Below, in pieces: positions 27,513-37,292 of a stretch of DNA of 64,000 nucleotides; the stretch's first letter is position 1; each line of letters opens with the position of its first letter. A model generated the notes under the pieces. The model was not told where the DNA came from. It worked only from the letters and a program-made list of their open reading frames with translations, and made no database searches. The DNA is from Candidatus Krumholzibacteriota bacterium (GTDB taxonomy: Bacteria > Krumholzibacteriota > Krumholzibacteriia > Krumholzibacteriales > Krumholzibacteriaceae): NCBI GenBank assembly GCA_016932415.1, contig JAFGCX010000001.1, forward strand, positions 17,934 through 81,933, written 5' to 3'. The position numbers and the translations under genes were made by a program.

Positions 27513-29708
27513 TCAGATGTCGACCTCGCTCTTGCAGGCGGGGCATTTGAGGTACTCTCCCTTTTTCTTTGACGTCTTCTGCACAAGGAATGCTTCGCCG
27601 CATTCAGGACATTTTTTGTCGGTCGGTTTGTCCCAGCTCGCGAATTTGCAATCAGGATATCTGCTACACCCGTAGAATACCTTTCCGCGTCGGGTCTTCT
27701 TTTCAGCGATCTTGCCATCGCATCCATCCTCCGGACACGGAATACCGAGAGTCACTGTTTCGGTATATTTGCATTCCGGATAATTGGAACAGGCGATAAA
27801 CCTTCCGAATCTCCCTGATTTGTATTTAAGTTCGCCGCCGCATTTCGGGCACTGCTTATCGAGCTTTTCTTCCTCTTCTACCGATTTCGCGAACTTGCAT
27901 TCCGGATATCCTGGACAGGCCAGGAATATCCCGTTACGGCTCCATTTTCTTATCAGTTTCTTACCGCATTTTTCACATTTCTCTTCAGTTTCTTCCTGGA
28001 ACATCTTTTTATATTCAGCCTGTTTACCCTTGAATTGTTCAAGATCGGCCGAAAGCGGTTCGTAGAAATATCTGACCGCGTCCTGCCACTTGTCCAGTGA
28101 TTCCTCGACCTTGTCGAGTTCGTCTTCCATCCTCGCGGTGAAATCGATTTCGAAAATATCGTTGAAGATCGCGGAAAGGGACCGCCAGACAACTTCCCCG
28201 AGTTCGGTGGGTTTCAGGGACTTACCCTCCCTTACGGCGTAATCCCGGGACAGAATGATGCTGATAATGCTCGCGTATGTACTCGGCCTTCCAATACCCT
28301 TGTCTTCGAGTTCCTTTATAAGGGAAGCTTCGGTAAATCTCGCTGGAGCCTCGGTGAATTTTTGAGTACCGTCGAAATCCTTGATGAACAGTTCCTCCCC
28401 GCTTTCCATGTCGGGGATCCACGAGTCTTCCTCTTTTTTCCTGTCGGGAAAGATCGCCAGGAATCCTTCCGATTTTATCTTTCTTCCGTTTGCCCTGAGA
28501 AGATATCTCTCGCCCGATTTTATGTCGGCTTCCCGTGTGCTGTAAACAGCCGGAGCGGCTATTGATGCGAGAAATCTCATCCAGATAAGACTGTACAGCG
28601 CAAGCTGGTCTTTTTCGAGATATGGCGCGACATTTTCGGGAGTCTTGAACGAATCAGTGGGCCTGATAGCTTCGTGAGCGTCCTGGCTCCCTTTCAGCTT
28701 TTTATATCCCCTTTTGCCTTGAAAGACAAATGAGCTTCCGTATTTTTCCTCTATGAACGCCTTTCCCTGCTGAAAAGCGTCGGTACTGATCCTGGTCGAA
28801 TCGGTCCTCATATAACTGATCAGTCCGACAGAACCCTCTTCGCCGATCGTCAGCCCCTCATAAAGCTGTTGCGCCACTACCATCGTTTTTTTCGCGGAGA
28901 ATCCGAGACGGCTTGCCGCCTCTCTCTGCAAAGTGCTGGTGATGAACGGCGGCTGGGGATTCCTGTTTTTATCCTTTTCGACTACTTTATCTACGAAGAG
29001 CTTTCCGGTCCTGATATCGGAGAGTATCTGCTCAGCTATCTCACCAGATGGTATTTCTGGCGTATTTCCATCGATCTTGAAGAGACGGGCTGGAAACTCC
29101 GCGCCTTCAGCCGTCTTGAGGACTCCATCGACTGTCCAGTATTCCTGTGGCTTGAAATCCCGTATCAGGTTTTCCCGCTCGCAAAGCAGGCGAAGTCCGA
29201 CTGACTGGACTCTACCCGCCGACAACCCGCGGTAAAAGACTTTCCACAACGCCGGACTGACGAGATACCCGACCAGCCTGTCGAGGATCCTTCTCGCCTG
29301 CTGGGCGTTCACCTTGTTCATATCCAGATCACGCGGATTTTCAACAGCTTCCTTGATAGCGTTTGCCGTTATCTCGTTGAATATTATTCTTTTCGATGGC
29401 ACACCGGTCTTTTTAAGTATTTCGTTCAGATGCCACGCTATCGCTTCTCCTTCACGGTCCATATCAGTCGCCAGCAGGATCTCGGAACTTTTACCGGCAG
29501 TGTCCCTGAGTTCCTTGATTATTTTGCTCTTGCTGCGGTCATTGACATACTTCGGCTCAAAATCCTTATCGAGGTCTATTCCAAGTTCCTTTTTAGGCAG
29601 ATCCCGGATATGGCCTACGGAAGCTTTCACCTTGTATCCCTTGCCAAGGTATTTTTTTATTGTCTTTGCCTTGGCCGGCGACTCGACTATGACGAGTATC
29701 TGGTCCAA
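27513..29708 (-). CDS. topA: DNA topoisomerase I with four C-terminal C4 zinc ribbons
   Basis: TOPRIM N-terminus ILVIVESPAKAKTIKKYLG and an active-site Tyr region. Four CxxC…CxxC ribbons. TTG start with GGGAGA SD. Confidence 0.9.
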   Translation of the reverse strand: MDQILVIVESPAKAKTIKKYLGKGYKVKASVGHIRDLPKKELGIDLDKDFEPKYVNDRSKSKIIKELRDTAGKSSEILLATDMDREGEAIAWHLNEILKKTGVPSKRIIFNEITANAIKEAVENPRDLDMNKVNAQQARRILDRLVGYLVSPALWKVFYRGLSAGRVQSVGLRLLCERENLIRDFKPQEYWTVDGVLKTAEGAEFPARLFKIDGNTPEIPSGEIAEQILSDIRTGKLFVDKVVEKDKNRNPQPPFITSTLQREAASRLGFSAKKTMVVAQQLYEGLTIGEEGSVGLISYMRTDSTRISTDAFQQGKAFIEEKYGSSFVFQGKRGYKKLKGSQDAHEAIRPTDSFKTPENVAPYLEKDQLALYSLIWMRFLASIAAPAVYSTREADIKSGERYLLRANGRKIKSEGFLAIFPDRKKEEDSWIPDMESGEELFIKDFDGTQKFTEAPARFTEASLIKELEDKGIGRPSTYASIISIILSRDYAVREGKSLKPTELGEVVWRSLSAIFNDIFEIDFTARMEDELDKVEESLDKWQDAVRYFYEPLSADLEQFKGKQAEYKKMFQEETEEKCEKCGKKLIRKWSRNGIFLACPGYPECKFAKSVEEEEKLDKQCPKCGGELKYKSGRFGRFIACSNYPECKYTETVTLGIPCPEDGCDGKIAEKKTRRGKVFYGCSRYPDCKFASWDKPTDKKCPECGEAFLVQKTSKKKGEYLKCPACKSEVDI

Positions 29709-29721
29709 TATGATCTCCCAT

Positions 29722-30162
29722 TCAATTAAGATTCTTCAACGAATCGCCTGAGCCCTCTACTATTTCTCCCGGCACTTCAGGGGCGAACCTCATCACAAGT
29801 TCTTTTATTTCATTGACCGACACGGGAAGACTGAATTCCATACCCGCGTTTTCTATGATTATGCTGAGCTGTGCTTCACTGAGCCAGCCTGCCATCTGCA
29901 GCTTTATCAGGTAACCCTGGGCATCCGTTGAAAGAAGGATCTTTTCTCCCTCTCCAAGGACCCTGTTCTTCGTGTACAGCGCCGATCCTGATCCGAAGTC
30001 TTCTTCAAGTATCCCGAAATCGAGAATTGTAATCGCCTGATCGATCTCATCCCTTGAATAACCCATCTTTTCGAGCTCGTTGTTCATTCCATCGGGATCA
30101 ATCAAATCGCTGGACTCAAAATCCATGATGTATTCGATGATCTCCTTGATGCGCTTGTTCAT
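29722..30162 (-). CDS. DUF494/Smg-like protein
   Basis: A 146-aa acidic helical protein immediately upstream of topA. This position is typical of smg/DUF494. Similarity is judged by size, composition and context only. GGGAGAAGG SD. Confidence 0.45.
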   Translation of the reverse strand: MNKRIKEIIEYIMDFESSDLIDPDGMNNELEKMGYSRDEIDQAITILDFGILEEDFGSGSALYTKNRVLGEGEKILLSTDAQGYLIKLQMAGWLSEAQLSIIIENAGMEFSLPVSVNEIKELVMRFAPEVPGEIVEGSGDSLKNLN

Positions 30163-30214
30163 CCTTCTCCCTGCCCGGTACCAGATCCATTACGTTTTGA
30201 AAAACGAATAATGC

Positions 30215-33200
30215 CTATACAGCTTCCTTTCCGCAACACTTTTTATACTTTTTCCCGCTACCGCAGGGACACGGATCGTTTCTTCCTACTTTCGGCATAT
30301 CGCGCTGTACAGGCTCCGCGATCTTCTGCGGCGGCGGGATCTGCCCGCCCTTAACCTGCCTGGATCCAGTGGTTTCAGGAGCCGCGCTACTCTTCGCGCT
30401 GCCGTAGGCATCGGTCACCTGGTGGATCGCCACTCCGGAACTTGCCACTTTATTCCTTTCATTCCTCGGGTCCCTGTCAAACCTGGCGTGAAAAAGTCCC
30501 CATAATATCGATCGGTCGATATCGTCCAGCATGTCAGAGAATAACTGGAATGCTTCCTGTTTATATTCGACAAGGGGATCCTTCTGGGCGTACGACCTGA
30601 AATGGATCCCTTCCTTGAGGTTGTCCAGTTCGCGAAGGTGATCCATCCATTTCTCATCTATACTCTGAAGCATGATCAATCGGCCCAGCTGACCGAGGAT
30701 CTCGGCAGGTATCGCAGATTTCCTGATCTCATAAGCGGCTATCGCCGTGTCACGCAGATGATCGAGCAAGACCTGCTGGTCCTTGATCGAATTTTCCGAA
30801 AGCGATTCCACCTCGAACGGCACAAGAAACGTATTTTCAAGATCAGCCGTGGCGCCGGAAATATCCCATTCTTCAGGGCTGAGATTTTCGGGAAGGAATC
30901 TCTCGGCGATATATCCTATGACGCTTTCCACAAGGTTCTTCACCATTTCATCTATATCTTCGACTTCTAGCATCTCGTTTCTTCTGCCGTATATGACCTC
31001 GCGCTGCTTGTTCATCACGTCGTCATACTCGAGAAGTCTCTTTCGGATCCCGAAGTTGTACATTTCGACGCGTTTCTGCGATTTCTCTATCGCCCGCGTT
31101 ATAAAGGGGTGAGTTATGACCTCTCCCTCTTCGATCCCGAGCTTGTCCATCACCGTCGATATCCGTTCAGAACCGAAAAGCCTCATAAGATCGTCTTCCA
31201 GGGATGTGAAGAACCTTGAAGATCCAGGATCTCCCTGCCTTCCGGCGCGTCCTCTGAGCTGACGGTCTATGCGTCTCGATTCGTGCCTCTCTGTCCCTAT
31301 TATTTGCAGGCCGCAGGGCACATCCTCGGCGCAATCAGTTTTTTTGCCCGTATTCGGACATTCATCGCAGGCGCTGGGAGTCTCACAGAGAATGCAGCAT
31401 CTCTCGCATTGGACAATCTCCCTGTCGAGCTTTATATCGGTTCCTCTTCCAGCCATGTTGGTGGCTATAGTGACAGCTCCTTTTTTCCCGGCCAACGACA
31501 CGATCTCGGCTTCACTCTGATGCTGTTTCGCGTTCAGCACGTTATGCGCGATGCCTTCTCTTTTAAGCATCCTGCTCAGCGTCTCAGAGACTTCCACGGT
31601 TACCGTTCCTACAAGTACGGGGAGCCCCTTTTCATTGAATCTTTTTATTTCCTCAAGAATAGCTTTGTATTTCTCTCTTTTTGTCCGGAATATGACGTCA
31701 TCGTAATCAATTCTGCGAACAGGCTTGTTTGTCGGTATGACATTGACGTCAAGTTTATATATCTTGTGGAACTCCTCTTCCTCTGTTTCGGCCGTACCAG
31801 TCATTCCGGCGAGTTTCTCGTACATCCTGAAATAGTTCTGAAGGGTTATAGTCGCGAATGTCTGCGTCTCCCCCTCGATCCTGACCTTCTCCTTCGCTTC
31901 CAGGGCCTGGTGAAGTCCGTCGCTGAATCTTCTGCCCGGCATCAATCTGCCTGTGAATTCATCGACGATCAACACCCGTCCGTCCTGAACGACGTACTCG
32001 ACATCTTTTTCGAAGAGGGTGTAGGCTTTGAATAACTGCGAAAAACTGTGAAGTATCTCGCTTTTTTGAGCATAACTCCTGTAGGCAAGATCCTTTTTCC
32101 GGATACGTTCCTTTATATCGATCGACTCGTCAGATTCTATTTCCTTGATAATCAGGCTGAGATCGGGAAGGACGAACAACTCCTGATCCTCTACCGAAAG
32201 GACAGCCCGACCCTTGTCGGTAAGGTCTATAGTGTTCGATTTCTCGTCTATTACGAAATAGAGTTCCTCATCGAGCTCATGCAATCTCTTCTCTCTCATG
32301 AAATCCGCTTCTGCCCTGAGCATCAGTTTTTCATACCCTGGTATTTTCCGCAGTTTCATGAATTTCTTGTTTTTCGGGTCTCCCCTCCTGGCCAGCAGAA
32401 GCTTCACTCCGATATCGTCGTCTTCCTCCCCTTCTACATCTTCCTGGATTTTTTCCAGATCGTTCATGAAATCATTTACCAGTCGCTTCTGCATGCGCAC
32501 CAGGTTATCGACCTTGTTCCTTAGAAAAGCGAAATTCTCGTTTTTTGACGAGCCCTGGACAGGTCCCGATATGATCAGCGGCGTCCTTGCCTCATCGACC
32601 AGCACGCTGTCCACCTCGTCTACTATCGCGTAATAGTGATAAAGCTGGACCTGGTGCTCCTTCTGCATCTTCATGTTATCCCTGAGATAGTCAAAGCCGA
32701 ATTCGTTGTTGGTACCGTAGATTATATCGCAACTGTAAACAGCTTTCTTCTCCTCTGGCGGCATATCGTTCTGAAGACATCCGACTGTCAATCCGAGGAA
32801 CCTGTATATCTCCCCCATCCACTCGGAATCCCTTTTCGCCAGATAATCGTTGACCGTGACCAGGTGAACGCCTTTTTTCACAAGAGCGTTGAGGTAGAGC
32901 GGCATGACCGCGACAAGGGTTTTGCCTTCCCCTGTCGCCATCTCCGATATCGAACCCTCGTGCAGGACGATCGCTCCGCCTATCTGAACGTCAAAAGGGA
33001 CCATTTCCCAGGTGATATCATGCCCAACGACCTTCCAACTCTTGCCCAGATGCCTTCTGCACGCTTCATAGACCAGCCCGAAAGCCTCAGGCATTAACTC
33101 GTCAGTCGTCTCGCCCCCGGCAATCCTCTTTATGAATTCCCCGGTTTTTTCCGGAAACTTCTCGTCTGGAAGATCGGAGTATTTTTCAGCCCATTCCCTG

Positions 33201-33283
33201 ACGGCTGCTATACCAGGTTCGAGCCTTTTCATCAGACGCGTCTTGCGATCTCCTACAAACTTGTTAAGAATATTTTTCAGCAA
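30215..33283 (-). CDS. secA: preprotein translocase ATPase SecA, with a Cys-rich insertion in NBD2 and a C-terminal zinc finger
   Basis: 1022 aa. The N-terminus [21 protein letters not shown] resembles E. coli MLIKLLTKVFG. DEAD-like motifs, [29 protein letters not shown] and a C-terminal [14 protein letters not shown] are present. TTG start with GGAGGT SD. Confidence 0.9.
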   Translation of the reverse strand: MLKNILNKFVGDRKTRLMKRLEPGIAAVREWAEKYSDLPDEKFPEKTGEFIKRIAGGETTDELMPEAFGLVYEACRRHLGKSWKVVGHDITWEMVPFDVQIGGAIVLHEGSISEMATGEGKTLVAVMPLYLNALVKKGVHLVTVNDYLAKRDSEWMGEIYRFLGLTVGCLQNDMPPEEKKAVYSCDIIYGTNNEFGFDYLRDNMKMQKEHQVQLYHYYAIVDEVDSVLVDEARTPLIISGPVQGSSKNENFAFLRNKVDNLVRMQKRLVNDFMNDLEKIQEDVEGEEDDDIGVKLLLARRGDPKNKKFMKLRKIPGYEKLMLRAEADFMREKRLHELDEELYFVIDEKSNTIDLTDKGRAVLSVEDQELFVLPDLSLIIKEIESDESIDIKERIRKKDLAYRSYAQKSEILHSFSQLFKAYTLFEKDVEYVVQDGRVLIVDEFTGRLMPGRRFSDGLHQALEAKEKVRIEGETQTFATITLQNYFRMYEKLAGMTGTAETEEEEFHKIYKLDVNVIPTNKPVRRIDYDDVIFRTKREKYKAILEEIKRFNEKGLPVLVGTVTVEVSETLSRMLKREGIAHNVLNAKQHQSEAEIVSLAGKKGAVTIATNMAGRGTDIKLDREIVQCERCCILCETPSACDECPNTGKKTDCAEDVPCGLQIIGTERHESRRIDRQLRGRAGRQGDPGSSRFFTSLEDDLMRLFGSERISTVMDKLGIEEGEVITHPFITRAIEKSQKRVEMYNFGIRKRLLEYDDVMNKQREVIYGRRNEMLEVEDIDEMVKNLVESVIGYIAERFLPENLSPEEWDISGATADLENTFLVPFEVESLSENSIKDQQVLLDHLRDTAIAAYEIRKSAIPAEILGQLGRLIMLQSIDEKWMDHLRELDNLKEGIHFRSYAQKDPLVEYKQEAFQLFSDMLDDIDRSILWGLFHARFDRDPRNERNKVASSGVAIHQVTDAYGSAKSSAAPETTGSRQVKGGQIPPPQKIAEPVQRDMPKVGRNDPCPCGSGKKYKKCCGKEAV

Positions 33284-33408
33284 TATAATAACCTCCAGTC
33301 AATCTGGAACATAGTACACTCTCCGGCCATAATCAAGCACGCTGAAAACTTATCAGTAATCCGTTTTTTCGGGAATTGTCTGCTGTCATCCATCCTGACG
33401 TATGGTCA

Positions 33409-35346
33409 TCAGAGTTCTCCCTTGACAGAGACGGCATGCAGATATCCCTGATTTGACCCGAAAAATATCCTGTCGCCGTCCGTGGCCGGGGAGGAATAAA
33501 CAGGAGATTCGATCTTGTACTCGCCCAAGAGACTGCCGGTCTTGATATCAATCGCATATACTTTTGAGTTATAAACTGTTACAATGATCATATCATCCAT
33601 TATCAGAGGCTTCGATCTTACTGCCCCTCCCAGATCAGCCTTCCAGGCGAGCCGGCCGTTGTATGTTATCGCGTAGAAGACTCCGTCTTCCGACCCTATA
33701 TAAAGGTTTACCCCGTCAGTCTCTGGTTTTCCGCGCATCTTGCTGCCACCGGGGAACCTCCACATCAGGTGGCCGTTCGAGATGGAATAGGCATAGACGT
33801 ACTTGTCGTCAGACCCGAAGAACACCAGGTCCTTATCGACAGCCATCAAGGGATTTGAATATATCCCTCCACCCGGTTTTACCCTCCATTCGATCCTTCC
33901 CGCCTGACTGAGCCTGACAAGCGATCCGTCAGTAGTCGCCGCTATGATGCAATCTTCCGATACTGCCGGGGACGCCCATATTCCGCTGCCCAGCTTTTCG
34001 ATCCAGTTGCGCTTGCCGCCCGCAAGGTCAAGAGAGATAAGGTTCCCTTCCATCGTCCCTAGCACGACAGTCCCGCCCGTGATCCTCGGTGTCGTAATTA
34101 TCTTTTCCTGCGAATCATAATTCCATAGCCTCTCGCCTGTCGAACGGTCGAGACGAAATATGTTGCCGGTATAATCAGCCCCAATACACAGGGGGCCGCT
34201 GAAGAACGGTGAAGAGCCGACACCCTCCTCAGCTTTATATTTCCATCTTAACGTCCCGTCTGTTCCGTAAGAATATATATACGCGTCCCTGCATCCGAAT
34301 ACGATCTGCCCGTCGTCGACCGATGGAGATGATGTCACTGGAGCGTCGAATTTCCTTTTCCAGGATTCGACGAACTCCCCGGGGCGCATTACCCGGCCAG
34401 TATCCTTTACCGTGGGCTGATCCGCGACACTGTCACTTCCATCCTGATTACGCGTCTCGCTGCCTGCTGGCCCGGCAATATTTGTTTCCTCTTCAGGAGC
34501 TACAGTATTTTCATCCTGGACCGACAGGAGCGGTTCATCCCGCAATGTGTCCGACGTACGATACCTGTCGAACGGTTTAAATATGAAAAGTATTGCGACT
34601 ATTATTGCCAACCCACCCGTAATATAAGGTGCCTTGCTCCTGATCATGCTTCTACTCCTTGAATCTTTCGCGGTTGTTTTCGGGTCTCTTTCATCACCAT
34701 CCCAGTGCATAACGGGGAAGGTCGTTTCCGAACCTGTTGAAATGATCTCCGGGTCAGTGAACTTTACAGAGGGGAAAAAAAGGTTGTCTCTGATCGACAC
34801 GATATTCTGCCCTATGAATTCCTGGGACGGAGCAAAAACGAGAGTATGTCTCCCTTTTGCGATCCTGAACCTGTAAAGGCGAAAATAATCATCGACGCTT
34901 TTCTCGAAGAGTTCTGCCTGAAAACGCTCTTTACCCACGGCGCTTTCTTTCAATCCGGGCAACGTCTTTACAGGTCCCTCGAACTTTCTGGCAGAATCAT
35001 AATAAAGTATCTCCGTGGCTTTACTGCAGAGAAGGCTGACCTCACGCCCTCTTCGAATCATGATGACGACCAACGATCCGGAAAGAGATTCTTCGCTGAA
35101 CTCAAGGTTATCGACGGAAGCCGAGAAACTCTCGATCACCTTCTGAAAATATCGGGAAGGATCCCCCAGCCTTGAATTTGAAAGGGAAAGCCGGAAAAGC
35201 CTCTGGATCGCCTGTTCCGATTCCCTCTCCGGAGTGGAGAAAAAGACAAAAAACTCCTCACCGCGGGAATTGGTAGGGTTTTCATGATATACGAACGATT
35301 CCCTGTCCTTATCGCTACCCTGGCAGATAAAACACGTATTTCTCAT
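33409..35346 (-). CDS. membrane-anchored PQQ-like β-propeller repeat protein with a cytoplasmic N-terminal domain
   Basis: The C-terminal ~370 aa carry repeated PQQ/BamB-like blades (…G.L.A.D..TG...W). A single TM helix (YITGGLAIIVAILFIF) is present. The N-terminal ~250 aa are a cytoplasmic domain of unclear type. Start is set at ATG MRNTCF with a GAGGTGG SD. Confidence 0.6.
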   Translation of the reverse strand: MRNTCFICQGSDKDRESFVYHENPTNSRGEEFFVFFSTPERESEQAIQRLFRLSLSNSRLGDPSRYFQKVIESFSASVDNLEFSEESLSGSLVVIMIRRGREVSLLCSKATEILYYDSARKFEGPVKTLPGLKESAVGKERFQAELFEKSVDDYFRLYRFRIAKGRHTLVFAPSQEFIGQNIVSIRDNLFFPSVKFTDPEIISTGSETTFPVMHWDGDERDPKTTAKDSRSRSMIRSKAPYITGGLAIIVAILFIFKPFDRYRTSDTLRDEPLLSVQDENTVAPEEETNIAGPAGSETRNQDGSDSVADQPTVKDTGRVMRPGEFVESWKRKFDAPVTSSPSVDDGQIVFGCRDAYIYSYGTDGTLRWKYKAEEGVGSSPFFSGPLCIGADYTGNIFRLDRSTGERLWNYDSQEKIITTPRITGGTVVLGTMEGNLISLDLAGGKRNWIEKLGSGIWASPAVSEDCIIAATTDGSLVRLSQAGRIEWRVKPGGGIYSNPLMAVDKDLVFFGSDDKYVYAYSISNGHLMWRFPGGSKMRGKPETDGVNLYIGSEDGVFYAITYNGRLAWKADLGGAVRSKPLIMDDMIIVTVYNSKVYAIDIKTGSLLGEYKIESPVYSSPATDGDRIFFGSNQGYLHAVSVKGEL

Positions 35347-35438
35347 ATTCAACCACCTCACGACGTGACCCTAGCCGTAAAATGGCAAAAAATCAATACA
35401 AAACAACGGGATTTCCATTACTCTCGGGCGAGGAGATC

Positions 35439-36122
35439 TCAGGAATGACTGAAGATGTTCTTAAAGGCAGAGAAAGCTTTGGTGATCGGCCCAGTCTCCA
35501 CTTCTCCGGAATCTGACAGTTTTGAAAGGAATTTCTTCGCTATGGGGTTCTGCGGATCCCATTTCAGGGCATCCCTGAAATACTTGACAGCCTGGTTTTT
35601 CAGTCCCGCCTTAAAATAGACGAATCCAAGGTTGGCGTGATAGTCCGCGTTATAGAACTCCATCTGAATCGCTTTTTTGCAGTAATCGCGCGCTTCATGA
35701 AGATTTGAATTCGTCATCGCCAGGCAGAATCCATACCAGCTCTGATATGAAGGATTGCCCGGGATGAATTTCAGGGCCGATTTCAGCAGAAGCGTGGCTT
35801 TTTCGTAATTTCCGCTTCTCATCGCTTCTTTTGCCTGTACAAAGGCGAGCGACGCGGATTTCAGATCCTTTTCCTTGATCGCGGCAGTATCGCTGGAACT
35901 GACCTTCTGTTTTCGCAGGGTCTCGTTATATTCGCTTCTTTTTTTCTTGTCGCTCAGTACTGAGTAAGCTTCGTTGATAAGCTGGAAGATCTTTTTCTTG
36001 TCGGGATCGTTATCATTTACGTCAGGATGGCACAGCTTTGCCAGCCTGAAATAGTTCTTCTTGATCTCATCGTCAGTCGAAGTCGGTTGTGATTCCAAAA
36101 CCCTGTAATAATCTTTCACCAC
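35439..36122 (-). CDS. DnaJ (J-domain) protein with C-terminal TPR repeats
   Basis: J-domain DYYRVLESQPTSTDDEIKKNYFRLAKLCHPDVN with an HPD motif. The C-terminus has TPR-like repeats. GTG start with AGAGGTAG SD. Confidence 0.7.
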   Translation of the reverse strand: MVKDYYRVLESQPTSTDDEIKKNYFRLAKLCHPDVNDNDPDKKKIFQLINEAYSVLSDKKKRSEYNETLRKQKVSSSDTAAIKEKDLKSASLAFVQAKEAMRSGNYEKATLLLKSALKFIPGNPSYQSWYGFCLAMTNSNLHEARDYCKKAIQMEFYNADYHANLGFVYFKAGLKNQAVKYFRDALKWDPQNPIAKKFLSKLSDSGEVETGPITKAFSAFKNIFSHS

Positions 36123-36128
36123 TGTGAT

Positions 36129-37070
36129 CTACCTCTTGCTCGGTTCAGGCTGAAGTTCGTCGTAAAGATTAATCGCCAGTTCATTCGCCGGATCAGCTTT
36201 AAGGATCAACTTCAGATGTTTTATCGCTTCTTCCGCGGAACCCTTTTCATACAATGTCAAAGCTATATTCATCCGGGCTTTTAAATATTCCGGGTTGATC
36301 TTCAGCGCCGTTTCGAATTCCATCATCGCGTCATCTATCATCCCGGCGTTCGCGTAGGCGATGCCGAGGAGATTGTGAAGGTCGGGATAGTCGGGATTAA
36401 GCGAGAGCGCCTTCTTCATCTCAGCCATAGCCGATTCGTAATCGCCGGACTGGATCGATTCCAGCGCGATCTGCTTGCTTATCTGCGAGGATGACGGCCT
36501 TTCCTCAAGCAATCTGTCAAAGAGGTTCAGGATCTCGTCCTCTTCCTCGTCCGCCTTGACTTTTAGAATCAGGGTATTAAGATGGGACTTGAAAAAATTC
36601 GGTACCGAGGACAGGCTTTCTCTTAGCTGTTCGATCGTTCTGTTGAAATTACCATCCGAATAGTAGCTCCTGGCGAGCATTATCCTGGCTTTGAAGTAAT
36701 TCGGGTTTATCGCCAGAGCCCTTTTAATGCTTTCCCGGGCATTTATCCTGTTTCCACCCGTCTCGTACATCATTCCAAGCCGGTAATGGACATCGGCGTA
36801 CCGAGGCTGGAGCTCTATCGCTTTTTCCAGCTCCCTGGCCGATTCATTGAACTTTCCATCTTTTTCCAGTTCGATCGAATACTCCATGTACGCTTCGACG
36901 ATATACATCCTGAGAAGTTCCTGGTCTTTACCTCCGACCTCGCCGTCTTTTCTTGAGAGATGGCTTTCGAATTCCCTGCAGGCCTTTTTGTATTCACCCT
37001 TGTTCAGATATGCAAGTGCTTTTTTAAGATGACTTTTGGGCATAAAACCGGCGAATCCGTCTATAAACAT
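36129..37070 (-). CDS. TPR-repeat protein
   Basis: Multiple 34-aa TPR units (…A...Y..AL.INP.Y..A…). Start is tentatively at ATG MFIDGF with a GAGAGGT SD. The longest ORF begins with TTG at 37133. Confidence 0.55.
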   Translation of the reverse strand: MFIDGFAGFMPKSHLKKALAYLNKGEYKKACREFESHLSRKDGEVGGKDQELLRMYIVEAYMEYSIELEKDGKFNESARELEKAIELQPRYADVHYRLGMMYETGGNRINARESIKRALAINPNYFKARIMLARSYYSDGNFNRTIEQLRESLSSVPNFFKSHLNTLILKVKADEEEDEILNLFDRLLEERPSSSQISKQIALESIQSGDYESAMAEMKKALSLNPDYPDLHNLLGIAYANAGMIDDAMMEFETALKINPEYLKARMNIALTLYEKGSAEEAIKHLKLILKADPANELAINLYDELQPEPSKR

Positions 37071-37292
37071 ACTGTTGACCTCTCGTTGTCTATCCGGCGA
37101 GAATGTAATTCCACAAACCCAAAGCCGGTACAAGCAAGTCGCAGGCCAATCATTGAATATCGCTTAAGTTATTTATCCAGTGGAGAATAGGTGGTGGAAT
37201 CATCATCCTGAATCAGGATGTTATGCTGGTCTGTATGCGGGTCTCGCAATCAAACTGTTCAAGGCAGTCGCATTTTGCGATCTGTTCAGGTA

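Noticed and set aside
37205-37230. Inverted repeat CATCCTGAaTCAGGATG between guaA and the TPR gene as a terminator or operator
   Set aside because: No adjacent T-run on either strand. An operator role is possible but unsupported. The GGATG/CATCC half-sites recur (56409–56427), but that is too little to define a motif.
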